64,000 nt of DNA, from positions 18,152 to 82,151 of the forward strand of contig JACQXK010000012.1 in assembly GCA_016208765.1 (NCBI GenBank), in the 5' to 3' direction. Positions 50,186 through 61,402 of the stretch are shown in pieces. This DNA comes from Candidatus Omnitrophota bacterium (GTDB lineage Bacteria; Omnitrophota; Gorgyraeia; Gygaellales; Profunditerraquicolaceae). The notes under the pieces are model-generated. The model saw nothing but the letters and a program-made list of their open reading frames with translations. It was not told the DNA's origin and searched no databases. A program made the position numbers and the translations under genes. The first letter of the stretch is position 1, and the number at the start of each line of letters is the position of its first letter.

Positions 50186-51874
50186 TCAACGGAAAAAAAC
50201 GTCTTTTACTTCCAGGATCACGCTTGGCTCTTCCAGCCATGTATCTAATTTAAGGGCATAAACCAAATCAAAATCAGAGGCAGCAATAAAACTTTCCCTC
50301 AGATTACTCATGCCAAAACCAATTGCCTGAAAAGTAACATTCCCGTCTGTAACCCAGAATTTCAATGTTTCCCTGCTTAATGTCTGCGGCTGGCCTTTAA
50401 TTTTCAAATTCCTGGTAAAAAATACCGGTGCAGGATTTCCCATGCCAAAAGGCTCAAGCCTTTCCAGCTCCCCTGCCACAACTTCATTCAACTGCCCAAG
50501 GTTTACCTCAATATCAACTTCCAAGCTGGGAAGCAAGTCCTCAATTGAAAGCCTTTCATGGGCAAGACGGTTAATGTTGTTCCTGAAACCATCAATACTG
50601 TCTCTCTTAATCAACAGCCCGGCAGCATGGCTGTGCCCGCCAAAGGCATCAAGATAATTACTGCAATCTTTAATCGCATCAAAAAGATGGAAGTTCTTAA
50701 TTGAACGCGCAGAACCTTTGCAAAGATCATCGGTTAATGAGATAACGATTGCAGGGCGGTAAAACCTGTCTGCAAGCTTTGAAGCGACTATCCCCAAAAC
50801 ACCCTGATGCCAGTCTTCTTTTGCAACAACAATTACCTTATGCTCTTTAAAATTAACCTCGCGATTAATTAAATCCTCCGCTTCCTTAAAGATCTTCCCT
50901 TCAACTTTCTGACGCTGCCGGTTATGATCTTCAATGCATTTTGCAAGTATCCCGGCTTCTTCTTTATCCTGGCTCATAAGTAAATTTAAAGAAGTTTCTG
51001 CCGTATCCATGCGCCCGGCCGCATTAATGCGCGGGCCTAAAATAAAGCTTATGAATTGAGAAGTAAACTTTTTATTCTGGATCCCTGCCTTCTCCATTAA
51101 CACCTGCAAACCCGGCCTTTTTGTCTGAGGAAATCTTGCCAGGCCTTCTTTGGCAATAAGACGGTTTTCTCCGGTCAAAGGGACACTGTCTGCAATCGTC
51201 CCCAAGGAAACCAAATCCAAGTCATCTAAAAGCATAGAATTACAAAATGCCTGCGCGAATTTATAAGCAACTCCTACTCCGGCTAAATCCCGGTAAGCAT
51301 ATCCTGAATTATGCACTTTAGGGTTAATAATTGCCGATGCCTGCGGCAGTATGTTTCCCGCTAATTCATGGTGGTCGGTAATAATTACATCAATGCCCTG
51401 TTTATTTAACTCACCAATTTCTTCATGGTTACTCGTCCCGCAGTCAACCGTGATCAAAACCTTAACATTATTTTGTTTGGCAAAATGAATAACGCTTTTA
51501 TTTAAACCATACCCATCCTTGATGCGATGCGGCAGGTAATGCAACACCTTGTGCCCTGCCTTTTGAAGCGTCCCTTTAATAAGGGCAAGCGCTGTAATTC
51601 CATCCACATCATAATCACCGCAAACTAAAACATTCTCTGAGTTTTTTTGAGCCTTTTTAATAATTTCCACTGCCTTGTGCATATCGGAAAATGAATACGG
51701 GTCATGAAAATTGCGCGTACTTACTTTTATAAACTTTTCTGCGCTATCAATATCCGTTATGCCGCGGTTTATTAAAATCTGGGAGAGGATCTTTGAAACA
51801 CCAAGTTCTTTGCTGATAGAATTTTGGAGGGTGAAGTTTGGAGGGTAAATCCTGATTATTTTATGGCTATGCAT
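50186..51874 (-). CDS. recJ: single-stranded-DNA-specific exonuclease RecJ
   Basis: 562 aa, DHH (CGDYDVDGITA, DHH) and DHHA1 domains, OB fold C-terminus. Confidence 0.85.
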   Translation of the reverse strand: MHSHKIIRIYPPNFTLQNSISKELGVSKILSQILINRGITDIDSAEKFIKVSTRNFHDPYSFSDMHKAVEIIKKAQKNSENVLVCGDYDVDGITALALIKGTLQKAGHKVLHYLPHRIKDGYGLNKSVIHFAKQNNVKVLITVDCGTSNHEEIGELNKQGIDVIITDHHELAGNILPQASAIINPKVHNSGYAYRDLAGVGVAYKFAQAFCNSMLLDDLDLVSLGTIADSVPLTGENRLIAKEGLARFPQTKRPGLQVLMEKAGIQNKKFTSQFISFILGPRINAAGRMDTAETSLNLLMSQDKEEAGILAKCIEDHNRQRQKVEGKIFKEAEDLINREVNFKEHKVIVVAKEDWHQGVLGIVASKLADRFYRPAIVISLTDDLCKGSARSIKNFHLFDAIKDCSNYLDAFGGHSHAAGLLIKRDSIDGFRNNINRLAHERLSIEDLLPSLEVDIEVNLGQLNEVVAGELERLEPFGMGNPAPVFFTRNLKIKGQPQTLSRETLKFWVTDGNVTFQAIGFGMSNLRESFIAASDFDLVYALKLDTWLEEPSVILEVKDVFFR

Positions 51875-51884
51875 AAAGGATTAT

Positions 51885-53519
51885 TTACATCTTTTCCGGC
51901 CTGGATACTCCCAAAAGCTCCAATCCGCAGGCCAAAACAATCTTTGCGCCTTCAATAAGCGCAAGCCTTGCGCCGGTCAAGGCATCACCAACACCAAGCA
52001 CCCGGTGTAAATCGTAAAATTTATGAAAGGCCTCAGCAAGCTCCTGCAAATAAATAGTAACCATGTAAGGATCCTGGGTTTGAAGGCAAATATTTAAAAC
52101 TGCCTGAAATTGCAGCAGCTTCTTGATCAGAACCAGCTCTTCTTTTTCTTTTAACAGAGACACATTCACATCGTCATCAATTTTGACGCTGCTTGAACGC
52201 AAAATACTGGAAATCCTTGCATAAGCATACTGCACGTAAAAAACCGGGTTTTCTGAAGTCTGCTTTTTTGCCACATCCAAATCAAAATCCAGGTGGCTTG
52301 ATGTCCGGCGCATCAGGAAAAAGAAACGCGCGGCATCCTTACCCACCTCATCAAGAACCTCACGCAATGTTATGTACTGCCCCTTACGGGTAGACATCTG
52401 CACAGGTTTCCCATCGCGAAAAATCGTCGCCAACTGCACGATTACAACTGAAATAGAATCCGCATCATGCCCGAATGCCTGCACGCTTGCCTTTAAACGA
52501 TTAATGTAGCCGTGATGATCCGGCCCCCAAAGATTAATCAACCAGTCAAACCCGCGGTGGAATTTCTCTTCGTGATAAGCAATATCAGGAGCCAGGTATG
52601 TATAAGCCCCGTCACTTTTTATAACCACCCTGTCTTTATCATCACTAAAAGCTGTTGACTTAAACCAGGTAGCGCCGCCTTCTTCATAAAGGAATCCTTT
52701 TTCTTTTAAGCTCTCAAATGCCTGTTCAATTTTACCGGCCCTGGTCAATTCCTTCTGGCTTGACCAACAATCAAATCTTACTCCAAAATCTTCCAGCTCT
52801 TTTTTAATAATATCTAAAATATACCCGGATGCATAGTCACCGAGAGCGTCTTTTTTGATATTCTCTTCTTTGGCTTTTTTAGCAATATCATAAATGTAGC
52901 TTCCCTGATAATAATTTTCCGGAAAATCAATCTGCTCACCGGCTAATTCTTTCATTCTCAGGTCAACAGAATTACCAAGAATATTGATCTGGTTCCCCTC
53001 GTCATTAAGGTAATACTCCCTTTTGGCGCTAAAACCGATAAAATCAAGAATGTTTGCCAGAGAATCCCCGACTGCTGCCTGGCGTGCGTGAGCCACTGAT
53101 AAGGAACCGGTAGGATTGGCGCTTACAAACTCAATAAGCACCTTTTTGCTTTTACCCAGGTTTATCCGCAAAGCATCTTTACCGACGGTAATAATATTCT
53201 TAAGCTTGGTATAAAAATATTCCTCGCTAAAATAAAAATTGATAAAGCCGGCTCCTTCAACTTTAACCTCTTTTACAAAACTACCAAGCTTGTCTTTATC
53301 TAAAGTCTTTTTAATATCCTCGGCAAGGCTCAGCCCAACTTCACGCGGAGGCTGCTTTAACAACTTGCTTAAACGAAGGGCGATATTAGTAGAAAAATCC
53401 CCAAAACGCCCGTCTGAAGGAATGTCCAAAATGATCTGATCATCCGGGATTTGTGCCAGGCCCCGGGCATGCAATGATCTCTTAATTATTTCTATTAAAT
53501 TTGTCTGGATGTCTTTCAT
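51885..53519 (-). CDS. argS: arginyl-tRNA synthetase
   Basis: 544 aa, class I HIGH-like (SANPTGSL) and anticodon-binding DALR domain. Confidence 0.9.
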   Translation of the reverse strand: MKDIQTNLIEIIKRSLHARGLAQIPDDQIILDIPSDGRFGDFSTNIALRLSKLLKQPPREVGLSLAEDIKKTLDKDKLGSFVKEVKVEGAGFINFYFSEEYFYTKLKNIITVGKDALRINLGKSKKVLIEFVSANPTGSLSVAHARQAAVGDSLANILDFIGFSAKREYYLNDEGNQINILGNSVDLRMKELAGEQIDFPENYYQGSYIYDIAKKAKEENIKKDALGDYASGYILDIIKKELEDFGVRFDCWSSQKELTRAGKIEQAFESLKEKGFLYEEGGATWFKSTAFSDDKDRVVIKSDGAYTYLAPDIAYHEEKFHRGFDWLINLWGPDHHGYINRLKASVQAFGHDADSISVVIVQLATIFRDGKPVQMSTRKGQYITLREVLDEVGKDAARFFFLMRRTSSHLDFDLDVAKKQTSENPVFYVQYAYARISSILRSSSVKIDDDVNVSLLKEKEELVLIKKLLQFQAVLNICLQTQDPYMVTIYLQELAEAFHKFYDLHRVLGVGDALTGARLALIEGAKIVLACGLELLGVSRPEKM

Positions 53520-53561
53520 CTTATTTTAGAAAAATTGGGAAAATTAACAAGAAAGGAACAA

Positions 53562-53840
53562 CTAAGCCTTAACTCTGGGGATCCTAACTTTCCGGGCGTC
53601 GCTCCACAAGCGTTCAAGCGAATAAAACTCCCTTACCGGTTTATAAAACACATGCACTATAACAGAAACGTAATCCAGAACAACCCAGCCAGATTCGTCG
53701 CTAGGTGAAATCTTGGAAAGAGATTTAATTTTCTCTTTTGCCAGATCCTCTTCAATTGCCAAAGCAACGGCATTTACATGCCGCAAAGATGTACCGCTTG
53801 AGATGACAAAATAATCGCAAAAGCCGGCAACCTCGCTCAT
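53562..53840 (-). CDS. rsfS: ribosomal silencing factor RsfS
   Basis: 92 aa, RsfS/Iojap DUF143 signature (WVVLDYVSVIVHVF). Confidence 0.8.
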   Translation of the reverse strand: MSEVAGFCDYFVISSGTSLRHVNAVALAIEEDLAKEKIKSLSKISPSDESGWVVLDYVSVIVHVFYKPVREFYSLERLWSDARKVRIPRVKA

Positions 53841-53937
53841 ATCAAGGATTACCAGCTTTTGCGCTTTTTTTGATTTAGCAATAGTCGCAATACGTAAAGC
53901 TAATTTTTTTGTTTCTATCTTAATACCTCCGGCAGCT

Positions 53938-54087
53938 TATTTCTTGCCCAGGATTTTATACATACCGGTGCCACAATCGCTGCATTTTCCTTTCATGGCA
54001 AGCCGCTTGTTCTTCATTGTTACCTTCTGCTCGTCCTTCATTTCTTTTTTTGATTTGCACTTAACACAATACCCTGTTTCTGCCATC
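53938..54087 (-). CDS. small zinc-ribbon protein (CxxC-x24-CxxC), DUF5679-like; unannotated in the ORF track (49 aa)
   Basis: Manual translation MAETGYCVKCKSKKEMKDEQKVTMKNKRLAMKGKCSDCGTGMYKILGKK; strong RBS AAAGGAGGAG and TTGACA-17-TAATAT promoter (54158..54130) upstream. Confidence 0.6.
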
Positions 54088-54154
54088 GTTTCTCCTCCTT
54101 TTAAAAAACAGATAAGTTAATACTTGAATATATTATCATAGCTTCAAATTAGTG

Positions 54155-55168
54155 TCAAACCTTATTAGAAGATCTCCTGATGTGTTTCTCTTCTATTTCC
54201 CCGACAATTTCCTCAATCAGATCCTCAAGCGTAACTAAACCAACTGCCTTTTTATGCTCATCTGTAACAATGGCAATCTGAATTTTTTCTGCCTGGAACT
54301 TCTTTAAAACCTCATTAACGCACATCTTCTTAGGGACAAAAGCCGCCTCTCGTATTAAATCCTGGAGCAAAAACAGCCCATTGTCCCTTAAAATATAAAG
54401 CAAGTCGCGCCCATGGACAATACCGATAATATTCTCAAGCTTATCCTTATAAACCGGAAGGCGCGCGTGCCCCTCTTCCACAAAAACATTAAGCAATTCT
54501 TCGTGGCTTGCCTGCGAACTTACAGCAGTAATTTTATCCAAAGGGACCATTACATCCCCCGCCCGGGTATTGCCAAACTCAAAAATGCGCTGGAGCATCT
54601 TCTTTTCTTCCTGATCCAAGATACCCTCTTCTGCGCCAATTTCTATTATAGTGCGTAATTCCTCCTCAGTAATCAATGGCGACCTTTTTGTCTGAGGCAT
54701 CCTGAAGATCTTTAAGATAAAATTACTAATGCCGATAAAGAATACGATCAAAGGATTTAGTATCTTTATCACGACACCCATAATAGGAGCAGTAAATAAT
54801 GCGACTTTCTCGGCATGTTTAGAAGCGAGTATCTTAGGGGTTACTTCGCAGAAAATTAAAACAGTAAAAGTAGTAATAAACGTAGAGAAAATTACCCCCC
54901 ATCTATAGCCAAAGGCCTGCACAAAAATACCGGTAACTAACGCAGAAATTGCAATATTAACAATATTGTTCCCGATAAGGATTGCAGCAATGACCTTATC
55001 AACTTTTATAAGCAGATTCTCAACCTTGCCAGCATTTTTAACTCCTTTTTGGATCATGTGGCGCAGGCGGATTTTACTTAATCCGATAATGGAGGTTTCT
55101 GAAGCAGAAAAAAAGAAGGACAAAATTATAAAAACAAACAACAAAATCAAAACAAAGGGGATATACAT
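54155..55168 (-). CDS. corC: CNNM/CorC-family transporter-associated protein (DUF21 TM domain plus CBS pair)
   Basis: 337 aa, four N-terminal TM helices, CBS pair. Confidence 0.7.
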   Translation of the reverse strand: MYIPFVLILLFVFIILSFFFSASETSIIGLSKIRLRHMIQKGVKNAGKVENLLIKVDKVIAAILIGNNIVNIAISALVTGIFVQAFGYRWGVIFSTFITTFTVLIFCEVTPKILASKHAEKVALFTAPIMGVVIKILNPLIVFFIGISNFILKIFRMPQTKRSPLITEEELRTIIEIGAEEGILDQEEKKMLQRIFEFGNTRAGDVMVPLDKITAVSSQASHEELLNVFVEEGHARLPVYKDKLENIIGIVHGRDLLYILRDNGLFLLQDLIREAAFVPKKMCVNEVLKKFQAEKIQIAIVTDEHKKAVGLVTLEDLIEEIVGEIEEKHIRRSSNKV

Positions 55169-55171
55169 AAA

Positions 55172-56440
55172 TTAATCTATTTTTAACTGCTGAAACAAGC
55201 CTTGTTCAGGCTCTTTTAGCGGGCCTATTAAAGCCAAATTCATTTTTTGCTCCTGAAAAATATGGCAGGCTACCTTGCGCAAATCGGATCTTGTCACTGC
55301 ATTTACTTCCTTTATTACCTCGCTTATAGAATATGTTTTATCTATTGTAGAGGTGCTTTCTCCGATCCAAAGCATATGATCCAGCGTATCTTCCAAGGCC
55401 AGCATTAATTGACCGAGATAAAAATCCTTTGCGCGCTTAAATTCACCTTCTGTTACCAAAACATCTTTTGCCTTCTTAAGCTCCTTTAAGATCAACTCAA
55501 CTGCCGCACTAACCTTGCTGTTATCTATCCCGGCGTGCACAACAAAAACACCTGTATCAAAATAACGTTTTACATATGTGCCGATTTCATAGGCAAGCCC
55601 GCGTTTTTCCCTGATCTCGTTAAACAGACGGCTGGACATATTTGCGCCTAAAATTACATGCAAAAGCCCCAAGGCATGCTTGAGCTGATGCTGGCGCTGC
55701 AGAGCATGAAACCCTAACGCCATATGGGTCTGTTCTGTGTCTTTTTGGAATAACTTTAACTGCGGTTTTTTCTGCTCTTCAACAACTCTTAAGAAATCAC
55801 TCTTTTGCCAATGTTTGTTAGCGGAGAATATCTTTTGCGCAGCTTTAATTAATTTATCATGGCTTATGCTTCCGGCAACACTTACAGTAATATTTAATGG
55901 ATTATAAAATTCATCTTTAAAGGATTTCAGTTTCAAACGGTCAATGCTGCTGACCGATTCAACTGAACCGATTATCGGTGTTCCTAATGGCTGATTCGGC
56001 CACAAAAGATCATCCAGTAATTCATAGACGTAACTTTGCGGCTGGTCTTTATACATTTTTATTTCTTCTAAAATAACCCCTTTTTCCTTTTCAATCTCAA
56101 CTTGCGGTAAGGCAGGGTTTAGGACCATGTCTGATAATACGTCCAAAGACATTCCCCAATAAGAATTTGGTATCTTTACCAGATAGCAGGTGAGCTCTTC
56201 AGAAGTAAAGCCATTAAGCGCTCCGCCGACTCCTTCAATGGACTCTTTAATCTTACGGCAAGAATACTTTTTAGACCCCTTAAACAGAAGATGCTCAAGA
56301 AAATGCGAAATTCCCTTTTGCGCAGAATCTTCATATCTGCCGCCGACATTCAACCAAATTCCGACAGCTACTGACTGCCTCTTGGGCATATTATTTGAAA
56401 TAATCCTTAAACCATTGTCTAAAATCGTTTTTTTATACAT
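55172..56440 (-). CDS. M16 family zinc peptidase (insulinase/pitrilysin-like)
   Basis: 422 aa, inverted zinc motif HFLEH. Confidence 0.8.
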   Translation of the reverse strand: MYKKTILDNGLRIISNNMPKRQSVAVGIWLNVGGRYEDSAQKGISHFLEHLLFKGSKKYSCRKIKESIEGVGGALNGFTSEELTCYLVKIPNSYWGMSLDVLSDMVLNPALPQVEIEKEKGVILEEIKMYKDQPQSYVYELLDDLLWPNQPLGTPIIGSVESVSSIDRLKLKSFKDEFYNPLNITVSVAGSISHDKLIKAAQKIFSANKHWQKSDFLRVVEEQKKPQLKLFQKDTEQTHMALGFHALQRQHQLKHALGLLHVILGANMSSRLFNEIREKRGLAYEIGTYVKRYFDTGVFVVHAGIDNSKVSAAVELILKELKKAKDVLVTEGEFKRAKDFYLGQLMLALEDTLDHMLWIGESTSTIDKTYSISEVIKEVNAVTRSDLRKVACHIFQEQKMNLALIGPLKEPEQGLFQQLKID

Positions 56441-56443
56441 AAA

Positions 56444-57286
56444 TTATCCTTTTATGCTGCGGACAAAATTACTGACCTTATTTACTAAATCAGGCCTGCC
56501 AATATTCTCTTTAATCTTCTTTACAATAGCGCTTCCTACAATCACGCCATCAGCTGATTTTTGAATCTCTTTTACCTGTTTTGCGGTAGAAACACCAAAA
56601 CCAACACAAACCGGTGTTTTAACCAATCCCTTGACCAATTTAATATTTTTAATTAATCCTTGCGGCAGAGCAAGACGAGCGCCGGTAACACCGGTCAAAG
56701 AAACATAATAAATAAACCCGCGGGAAACCTGATCAACATATTCTATTCTTTTTTTCTGGGTAGTGGGGGCAATAAAACAAATAATATCCACCCCTTGGCT
56801 CTTTGCTAGTTTCAACAAAGACTCTCCCTCATCAGGCGGCAAATCCGGGATAATCACTCCGTCTACTCCGCAATCCTTTGCCTGTTTTACAAACCTCTCT
56901 TCTCCAAACGCGAATATCGGATTGTAATAAGTCATCAGGCAAATCGGGATAAATACATTCCTGCGGATCTTTTTAACTAATTTCAGAATATCAACTAAAT
57001 GTGTTTTTTTCTTTAAGGCTTGCTGCGAGGCTTCCTGGATCATTGGCCCGTCTGCAAGCGGGTCAGAAAACGGCACTCCCAATTCAACAATATCCACACC
57101 GATTTTATCAAACTCAAGAATTAATTTTTCTGTAACCGACAGATTAGGATATCCTGCAGTAATAAAAGCAATGAATGCCTTTTTCCTGGTATTCTTTAAC
57201 TTTTTAAATTTCTTTTCAATCCGGTTCATAGCTTCAGCCTCTCTGCAACAGCATAAGTATCCTTGTCTCCCCTGCCGGACAAACAA
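56444..57286 (-). CDS. trpA: tryptophan synthase alpha chain (true start probably MNRIEKK, about 57229)
   Basis: TrpA TIM-barrel motifs; ORF's N-terminal 19 codons overlap trpB. Confidence 0.85.
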   Translation of the reverse strand: MFVRQGRQGYLCCCREAEAMNRIEKKFKKLKNTRKKAFIAFITAGYPNLSVTEKLILEFDKIGVDIVELGVPFSDPLADGPMIQEASQQALKKKTHLVDILKLVKKIRRNVFIPICLMTYYNPIFAFGEERFVKQAKDCGVDGVIIPDLPPDEGESLLKLAKSQGVDIICFIAPTTQKKRIEYVDQVSRGFIYYVSLTGVTGARLALPQGLIKNIKLVKGLVKTPVCVGFGVSTAKQVKEIQKSADGVIVGSAIVKKIKENIGRPDLVNKVSNFVRSIKG

Positions 57287-58416
57287 AGAATAACAACAGA
57301 ATCTTTCTTAATCTTACGGCTAAGCTTTTTTAAATAATAAATTGCGTGCGACGGCTCTAAAGCAGGGATGATCCCTTCTGTTTCTGAAAGTAATTTAAAT
57401 CCTTCCAAGGCCTCAAGATCAGTCACGGTAAAATATTCTGCACGGCCAATCTTCTGAAAATAAGCATGTTCAGGCCCCACACCAGGATAATCAAGGCCTG
57501 CGGCAATAGAATGCGCTATCTCAACCTGTCCATATTTATCCATTAAAAGCTTTGATTTTGAACCATGCAATACCCCGATTTTTCCGGCGACAAGAGTTGC
57601 TGCATGTTTTCCCGTCTTAACTCCGAAACCGGCAGCCTCTACCCCTATAAACTTTACTTTTTTATCATTTAAAAAAGGATAAAACAGCCCCATAGCATTA
57701 CTGCCGCCGCCCACACAGGCAACTAAATAATCCGGCAGGCGCTTTTCTTTTTTTAAGATCTGCTGCCTTGCTTCCCTTCCAATAACCGCCTGAAAATCTC
57801 TTACCATGGCAGGGTACGGATGAGGCCCGGCAACTGAACCGATTATATAATGCGTAGTACGCACATTAGTTACCCAGTCGCGCAAAGCCTCGGTCATGGC
57901 ATCTTTTAAGGTCTTTGAGCCGCTTGTAACAGGGATCACCCGCGCCCCCAAAAGCTTCATGCGGAATACATTAAGTTTCTGGCGTTCAATATCTTCAACA
58001 CCCATATAAACATCGCACTTTAAACCAAACATCGCCGCTACTGTCGCAGTTGCCACACCGTGCTGGCCCGCCCCTGTTTCTGCAATGATCCTCGGCTTTT
58101 GCATACGCCGCGCCAAAAGAATCTGCCCCAGGGTATTATTAATCTTATGCGCGCCCGTATGCAGCAAATCTTCTCTTTTTAAATAAATTCTTTTAATTCC
58201 AAGCTTCCGGCTTAGATTTTGGGCAAAATACAACTTGGTCGGCCTTCCGGCATAATCCTTCAGGTAATAATCTAATTCCTCTCTAAACTTCTTGTCCTTC
58301 TTAACCCGGTTATATTCTTTGGTCAATTCATCCAAAGCATAAATCAACGTCTCCGGGACATACCTGCCGCCGAATCCATTAAAATGCCCTGAATTATCCG
58401 GTAATTTCTTCATCAT
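57226..58416 (-). CDS. trpB: tryptophan synthase beta chain
   Basis: 396 aa, PLP-lysine region HTGAHKINN. Confidence 0.9.
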   Translation of the reverse strand: MMKKLPDNSGHFNGFGGRYVPETLIYALDELTKEYNRVKKDKKFREELDYYLKDYAGRPTKLYFAQNLSRKLGIKRIYLKREDLLHTGAHKINNTLGQILLARRMQKPRIIAETGAGQHGVATATVAAMFGLKCDVYMGVEDIERQKLNVFRMKLLGARVIPVTSGSKTLKDAMTEALRDWVTNVRTTHYIIGSVAGPHPYPAMVRDFQAVIGREARQQILKKEKRLPDYLVACVGGGSNAMGLFYPFLNDKKVKFIGVEAAGFGVKTGKHAATLVAGKIGVLHGSKSKLLMDKYGQVEIAHSIAAGLDYPGVGPEHAYFQKIGRAEYFTVTDLEALEGFKLLSETEGIIPALEPSHAIYYLKKLSRKIKKDSVVILCLSGRGDKDTYAVAERLKL

Positions 58417-59039
58417 CAGTTCTTTCCTTTAGCTGCTTTGACAAAATCTTTAACCTTAACATGATCCTTTTTCCCCGGGAACACTTCAACAGCGCTGCAG
58501 ACATCAACCCAATCCGGGTGAAGATAGTTAACTGCCTTTTTTACATTCCGGCAGTTAAGCCCTCCGGACAAAAATATCGGCTGCTCTACCCCGTGGAGAT
58601 GTTTAATTAGCTGCCAGTTGAATTTTTTACCCGTGCCTCCGGGAGTTGATTCAACAAAAGTATCAAAGAGATACGCAAAAACTTTATATTTCTTAATCTG
58701 CTTTAAGTTTATTTTATCTTTAACCCTAAAAGCCTTGATAATTTTGTAACCTTTAAAACGCCGGCAAAACTCAGGGCTTTCATTGCCATGAAATTGTAGT
58801 ATATCTAATTTGCAAAATTTGGCAATCTGTTTTATATTTTTTTCCGGGGTATTTACAAATACGCCGATCTTAACAATCTCCTTGGGGATAATATTAATGA
58901 TATTTCTTGCCCTCTCGGGTGAAATATAACGCGGGCTCCTGCGGTAAAACATAAATCCCAGAGAATCGCACCCTGCAAATACACTTGCTAAGGCATCTTC
59001 TAAATTTGTTATCCCGCAAATTTTGACCTTTACCCCCAC
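58416..59039 (-). CDS. trpF: phosphoribosylanthranilate isomerase
   Basis: 207 aa, VKICGIT...PRAI family. Confidence 0.8.
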   Translation of the reverse strand: MGVKVKICGITNLEDALASVFAGCDSLGFMFYRRSPRYISPERARNIINIIPKEIVKIGVFVNTPEKNIKQIAKFCKLDILQFHGNESPEFCRRFKGYKIIKAFRVKDKINLKQIKKYKVFAYLFDTFVESTPGGTGKKFNWQLIKHLHGVEQPIFLSGGLNCRNVKKAVNYLHPDWVDVCSAVEVFPGKKDHVKVKDFVKAAKGKN

Positions 59040-59040
59040 A

Positions 59041-59829
59041 CTACCACCCCATAACCTCTTCTACTTTCTTGCGAATATCAGGCGATTCCATAAAAGCCTG
59101 CCCGATCAAAACGGCATTCACTCCTAAAATCTTTAAGAATAATACATCCTGATAGTTCCTGATCCCGCTTTCCACCACCACAACCTTATCTTTAGGAATA
59201 AGCGGAAAAAGTTTTTCTGTTGTCTTAAGGTCAACCTCCAGCGTGCGCAGATCACGGTTGTTGATCCCGATAAGCGGAACTTTTAGATTTAATACTTTCT
59301 TTAATTCCTTCTCGCCATGCACCTCAACTATGCAATCCATACCTAAATCTGCGGAAAGGCCCATAAGCTCGGTAATTTTATCTTTTGAAAGCAGCTCAGC
59401 AATTAAAAGAATAGCATCTGCCTGGTAAAACCGCGACTCATAAACCTGATATGGCTCAAAAATAAAATCCTTTCTTAACACCGGAGCTGCAACAATATTT
59501 TTTACTTCGCTTAAATAAGCAAGGCTTCCTCCAAAAAAATCCTCCTCAGTAAGAACCGAAAGTGCCTGCACTCCAATATCCTGATATATTTGCGCAATCT
59601 GCAGATGATTAAAATCCTCCCGGATAACTCCCTGCGAAGGAGACGACCTTTTTATCTCGGCAATTAATGAAATCTGACGAGGCTTATTGATTGCCTCAAT
59701 AAATGGCCTTGCAGGAGGAATACCTTTTATTTTCTCCTTTAATTCTTCCTCAGCAATCTGCTGTTTTGCTAATAAAACCCTCTCATTTTTCTTTTGGATA
59801 ATTTCTTTTAAAGTATCTTTTTTTGCCAT
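59041..59829 (-). CDS. trpC: indole-3-glycerol phosphate synthase
   Basis: 262 aa, IGPS motifs (IAEIKRSSPS, LIGINNRDL). Confidence 0.85.
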   Translation of the reverse strand: MAKKDTLKEIIQKKNERVLLAKQQIAEEELKEKIKGIPPARPFIEAINKPRQISLIAEIKRSSPSQGVIREDFNHLQIAQIYQDIGVQALSVLTEEDFFGGSLAYLSEVKNIVAAPVLRKDFIFEPYQVYESRFYQADAILLIAELLSKDKITELMGLSADLGMDCIVEVHGEKELKKVLNLKVPLIGINNRDLRTLEVDLKTTEKLFPLIPKDKVVVVESGIRNYQDVLFLKILGVNAVLIGQAFMESPDIRKKVEEVMGW

Positions 59830-59831
59830 GC

Positions 59832-60842
59832 TTACTCCCTTGAAAACTCCTTTAACAATTCCAGTTTCTTAAGCGCTGAACCTGAATCAATTGAAACAGA
59901 AGCTGCTTTAATACCGTCTTTTATAGAATCAACCTTACCTGCGACATAAATAGCTGCTGCAGAATTTAAAATTACAATATCCCGCTTCGGGCCTGGTTCC
60001 GCTCTTAAAATAGCTGTAAGCATATCGGCATTTTCTTCTGCGCTTGCTCCCTTTAAATCTTCAGGCCTGCATCTTATTAAGCCAAAGTCCTCCGGGGAAA
60101 TTTCATAATTTCTTATTTTACCTGATTTTAGTTCAGAGATAAAAGTTTTATCAGTAGTAGTGATCTCATCAAGGCCATCTTTGCCACAAACAACTAAGGC
60201 GCTTTTTGTTTCTAATCTTAATAAAACCTCAGCCAATACCTGCGTTAGCCTGTAATCATAGACCCCGACTAACTGGTGCGTTGCCCCGGCAGGATTGCTT
60301 AACGGGCCTAAAATATTAAAGATAGTCTTAGCGGCAATTTCTTTTCTTGCGGGCATTGCATGTTTCATTGCCGGATGAAGATTCTGAGCAAATAAAAAAG
60401 CAAGGCCGATTTTATTAAGGCACGCCTCTATCCTGTCGGTTGACAGATCAATATTTACGCCTAATGCTTCCAAAATATCCGCGCTTCCGCAGCGGCTTGA
60501 TACAGAACGGTTGCCGTGCTTGGCAACAGTGATCCCGCTACCTGCGGCAACAAATGCTACTGCAGTTGAAACATTAAAAGTACCTTTTTTATCTCCTCCC
60601 GTGCCGCAGGTATCCAAAACAATATCTTTATCTGCGCGGATACGAGTTGCGAATTTACGCATTACCTCCACACCTGCAGCAATCTCCTCAACTGTTTCCC
60701 CTTTTTTATTTAAAGCCGCCAAAAAAGAAACGATCTGAGGAGTAAAAGCTTCCCCTAGCATAATCTCTTCCATTACTTGACGCATCTGTGCTGCAGATAA
60801 ATCTTTATTTTCTTGTAATAATCCGGTTGCTTCAATAATCAT
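59832..60842 (-). CDS. trpD: anthranilate phosphoribosyltransferase
   Basis: 336 aa, GTGGD and NxxG motifs ([18 protein letters not shown]). Confidence 0.85.
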   Translation of the reverse strand: MIIEATGLLQENKDLSAAQMRQVMEEIMLGEAFTPQIVSFLAALNKKGETVEEIAAGVEVMRKFATRIRADKDIVLDTCGTGGDKKGTFNVSTAVAFVAAGSGITVAKHGNRSVSSRCGSADILEALGVNIDLSTDRIEACLNKIGLAFLFAQNLHPAMKHAMPARKEIAAKTIFNILGPLSNPAGATHQLVGVYDYRLTQVLAEVLLRLETKSALVVCGKDGLDEITTTDKTFISELKSGKIRNYEISPEDFGLIRCRPEDLKGASAEENADMLTAILRAEPGPKRDIVILNSAAAIYVAGKVDSIKDGIKAASVSIDSGSALKKLELLKEFSRE

Positions 60843-61402
60843 AGTTTTAGAAAATTGGATAGAATGGCTTTTCCGGATTTAGTCAAAATTGACTCCGGAT
60901 GAAACTGCACTCCCCAGAGAGGAAAATCCTTATGCGCGAGCCCCATAATCTCTTTTTCCTTCGTCCAGGCGGTAACCTCTAAACATTTAGGAAGTGATTT
61001 CTTCTCTACTAATAAAGAATGATACCTGGTTGCCTCAAAAGGATTTGGAATGCCCTTAAAGATATCTTTGCCGTTATGATATATCAAAGAGGTCTTGCCA
61101 TGCATAAGCTTTTTAGCCTGAACAATTTTCCCTCCATAAGCATAACCTATAGACTGATGCCCAAGACAAACCCCTAAAATAGATATTTTACCGGAGAATT
61201 CCCTGATAACTGCGCAGGAGATCCCGGCATCTTCAGGCCTGCCTGGCCCGGGAGAAATAACAATTTTCTTTGGGCGAAGAAGTTTAATTTTATCAACCGT
61301 AATTTTATCATTACGAAATACCCTGACATCAGCTCCTAAAGCGCCTAAATACTGCACGAGGTTATAAGTAAATGAATCATAATTATCAATCATTAAGATC
61401 AT
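60839..61402 (-). CDS. trpG: anthranilate synthase component II / aminodeoxychorismate synthase glutamine amidotransferase (class I GATase)
   Basis: 187 aa, catalytic triad context GVCLGHQ...H..E. Confidence 0.8.
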   Translation of the reverse strand: MILMIDNYDSFTYNLVQYLGALGADVRVFRNDKITVDKIKLLRPKKIVISPGPGRPEDAGISCAVIREFSGKISILGVCLGHQSIGYAYGGKIVQAKKLMHGKTSLIYHNGKDIFKGIPNPFEATRYHSLLVEKKSLPKCLEVTAWTKEKEIMGLAHKDFPLWGVQFHPESILTKSGKAILSNFLKL

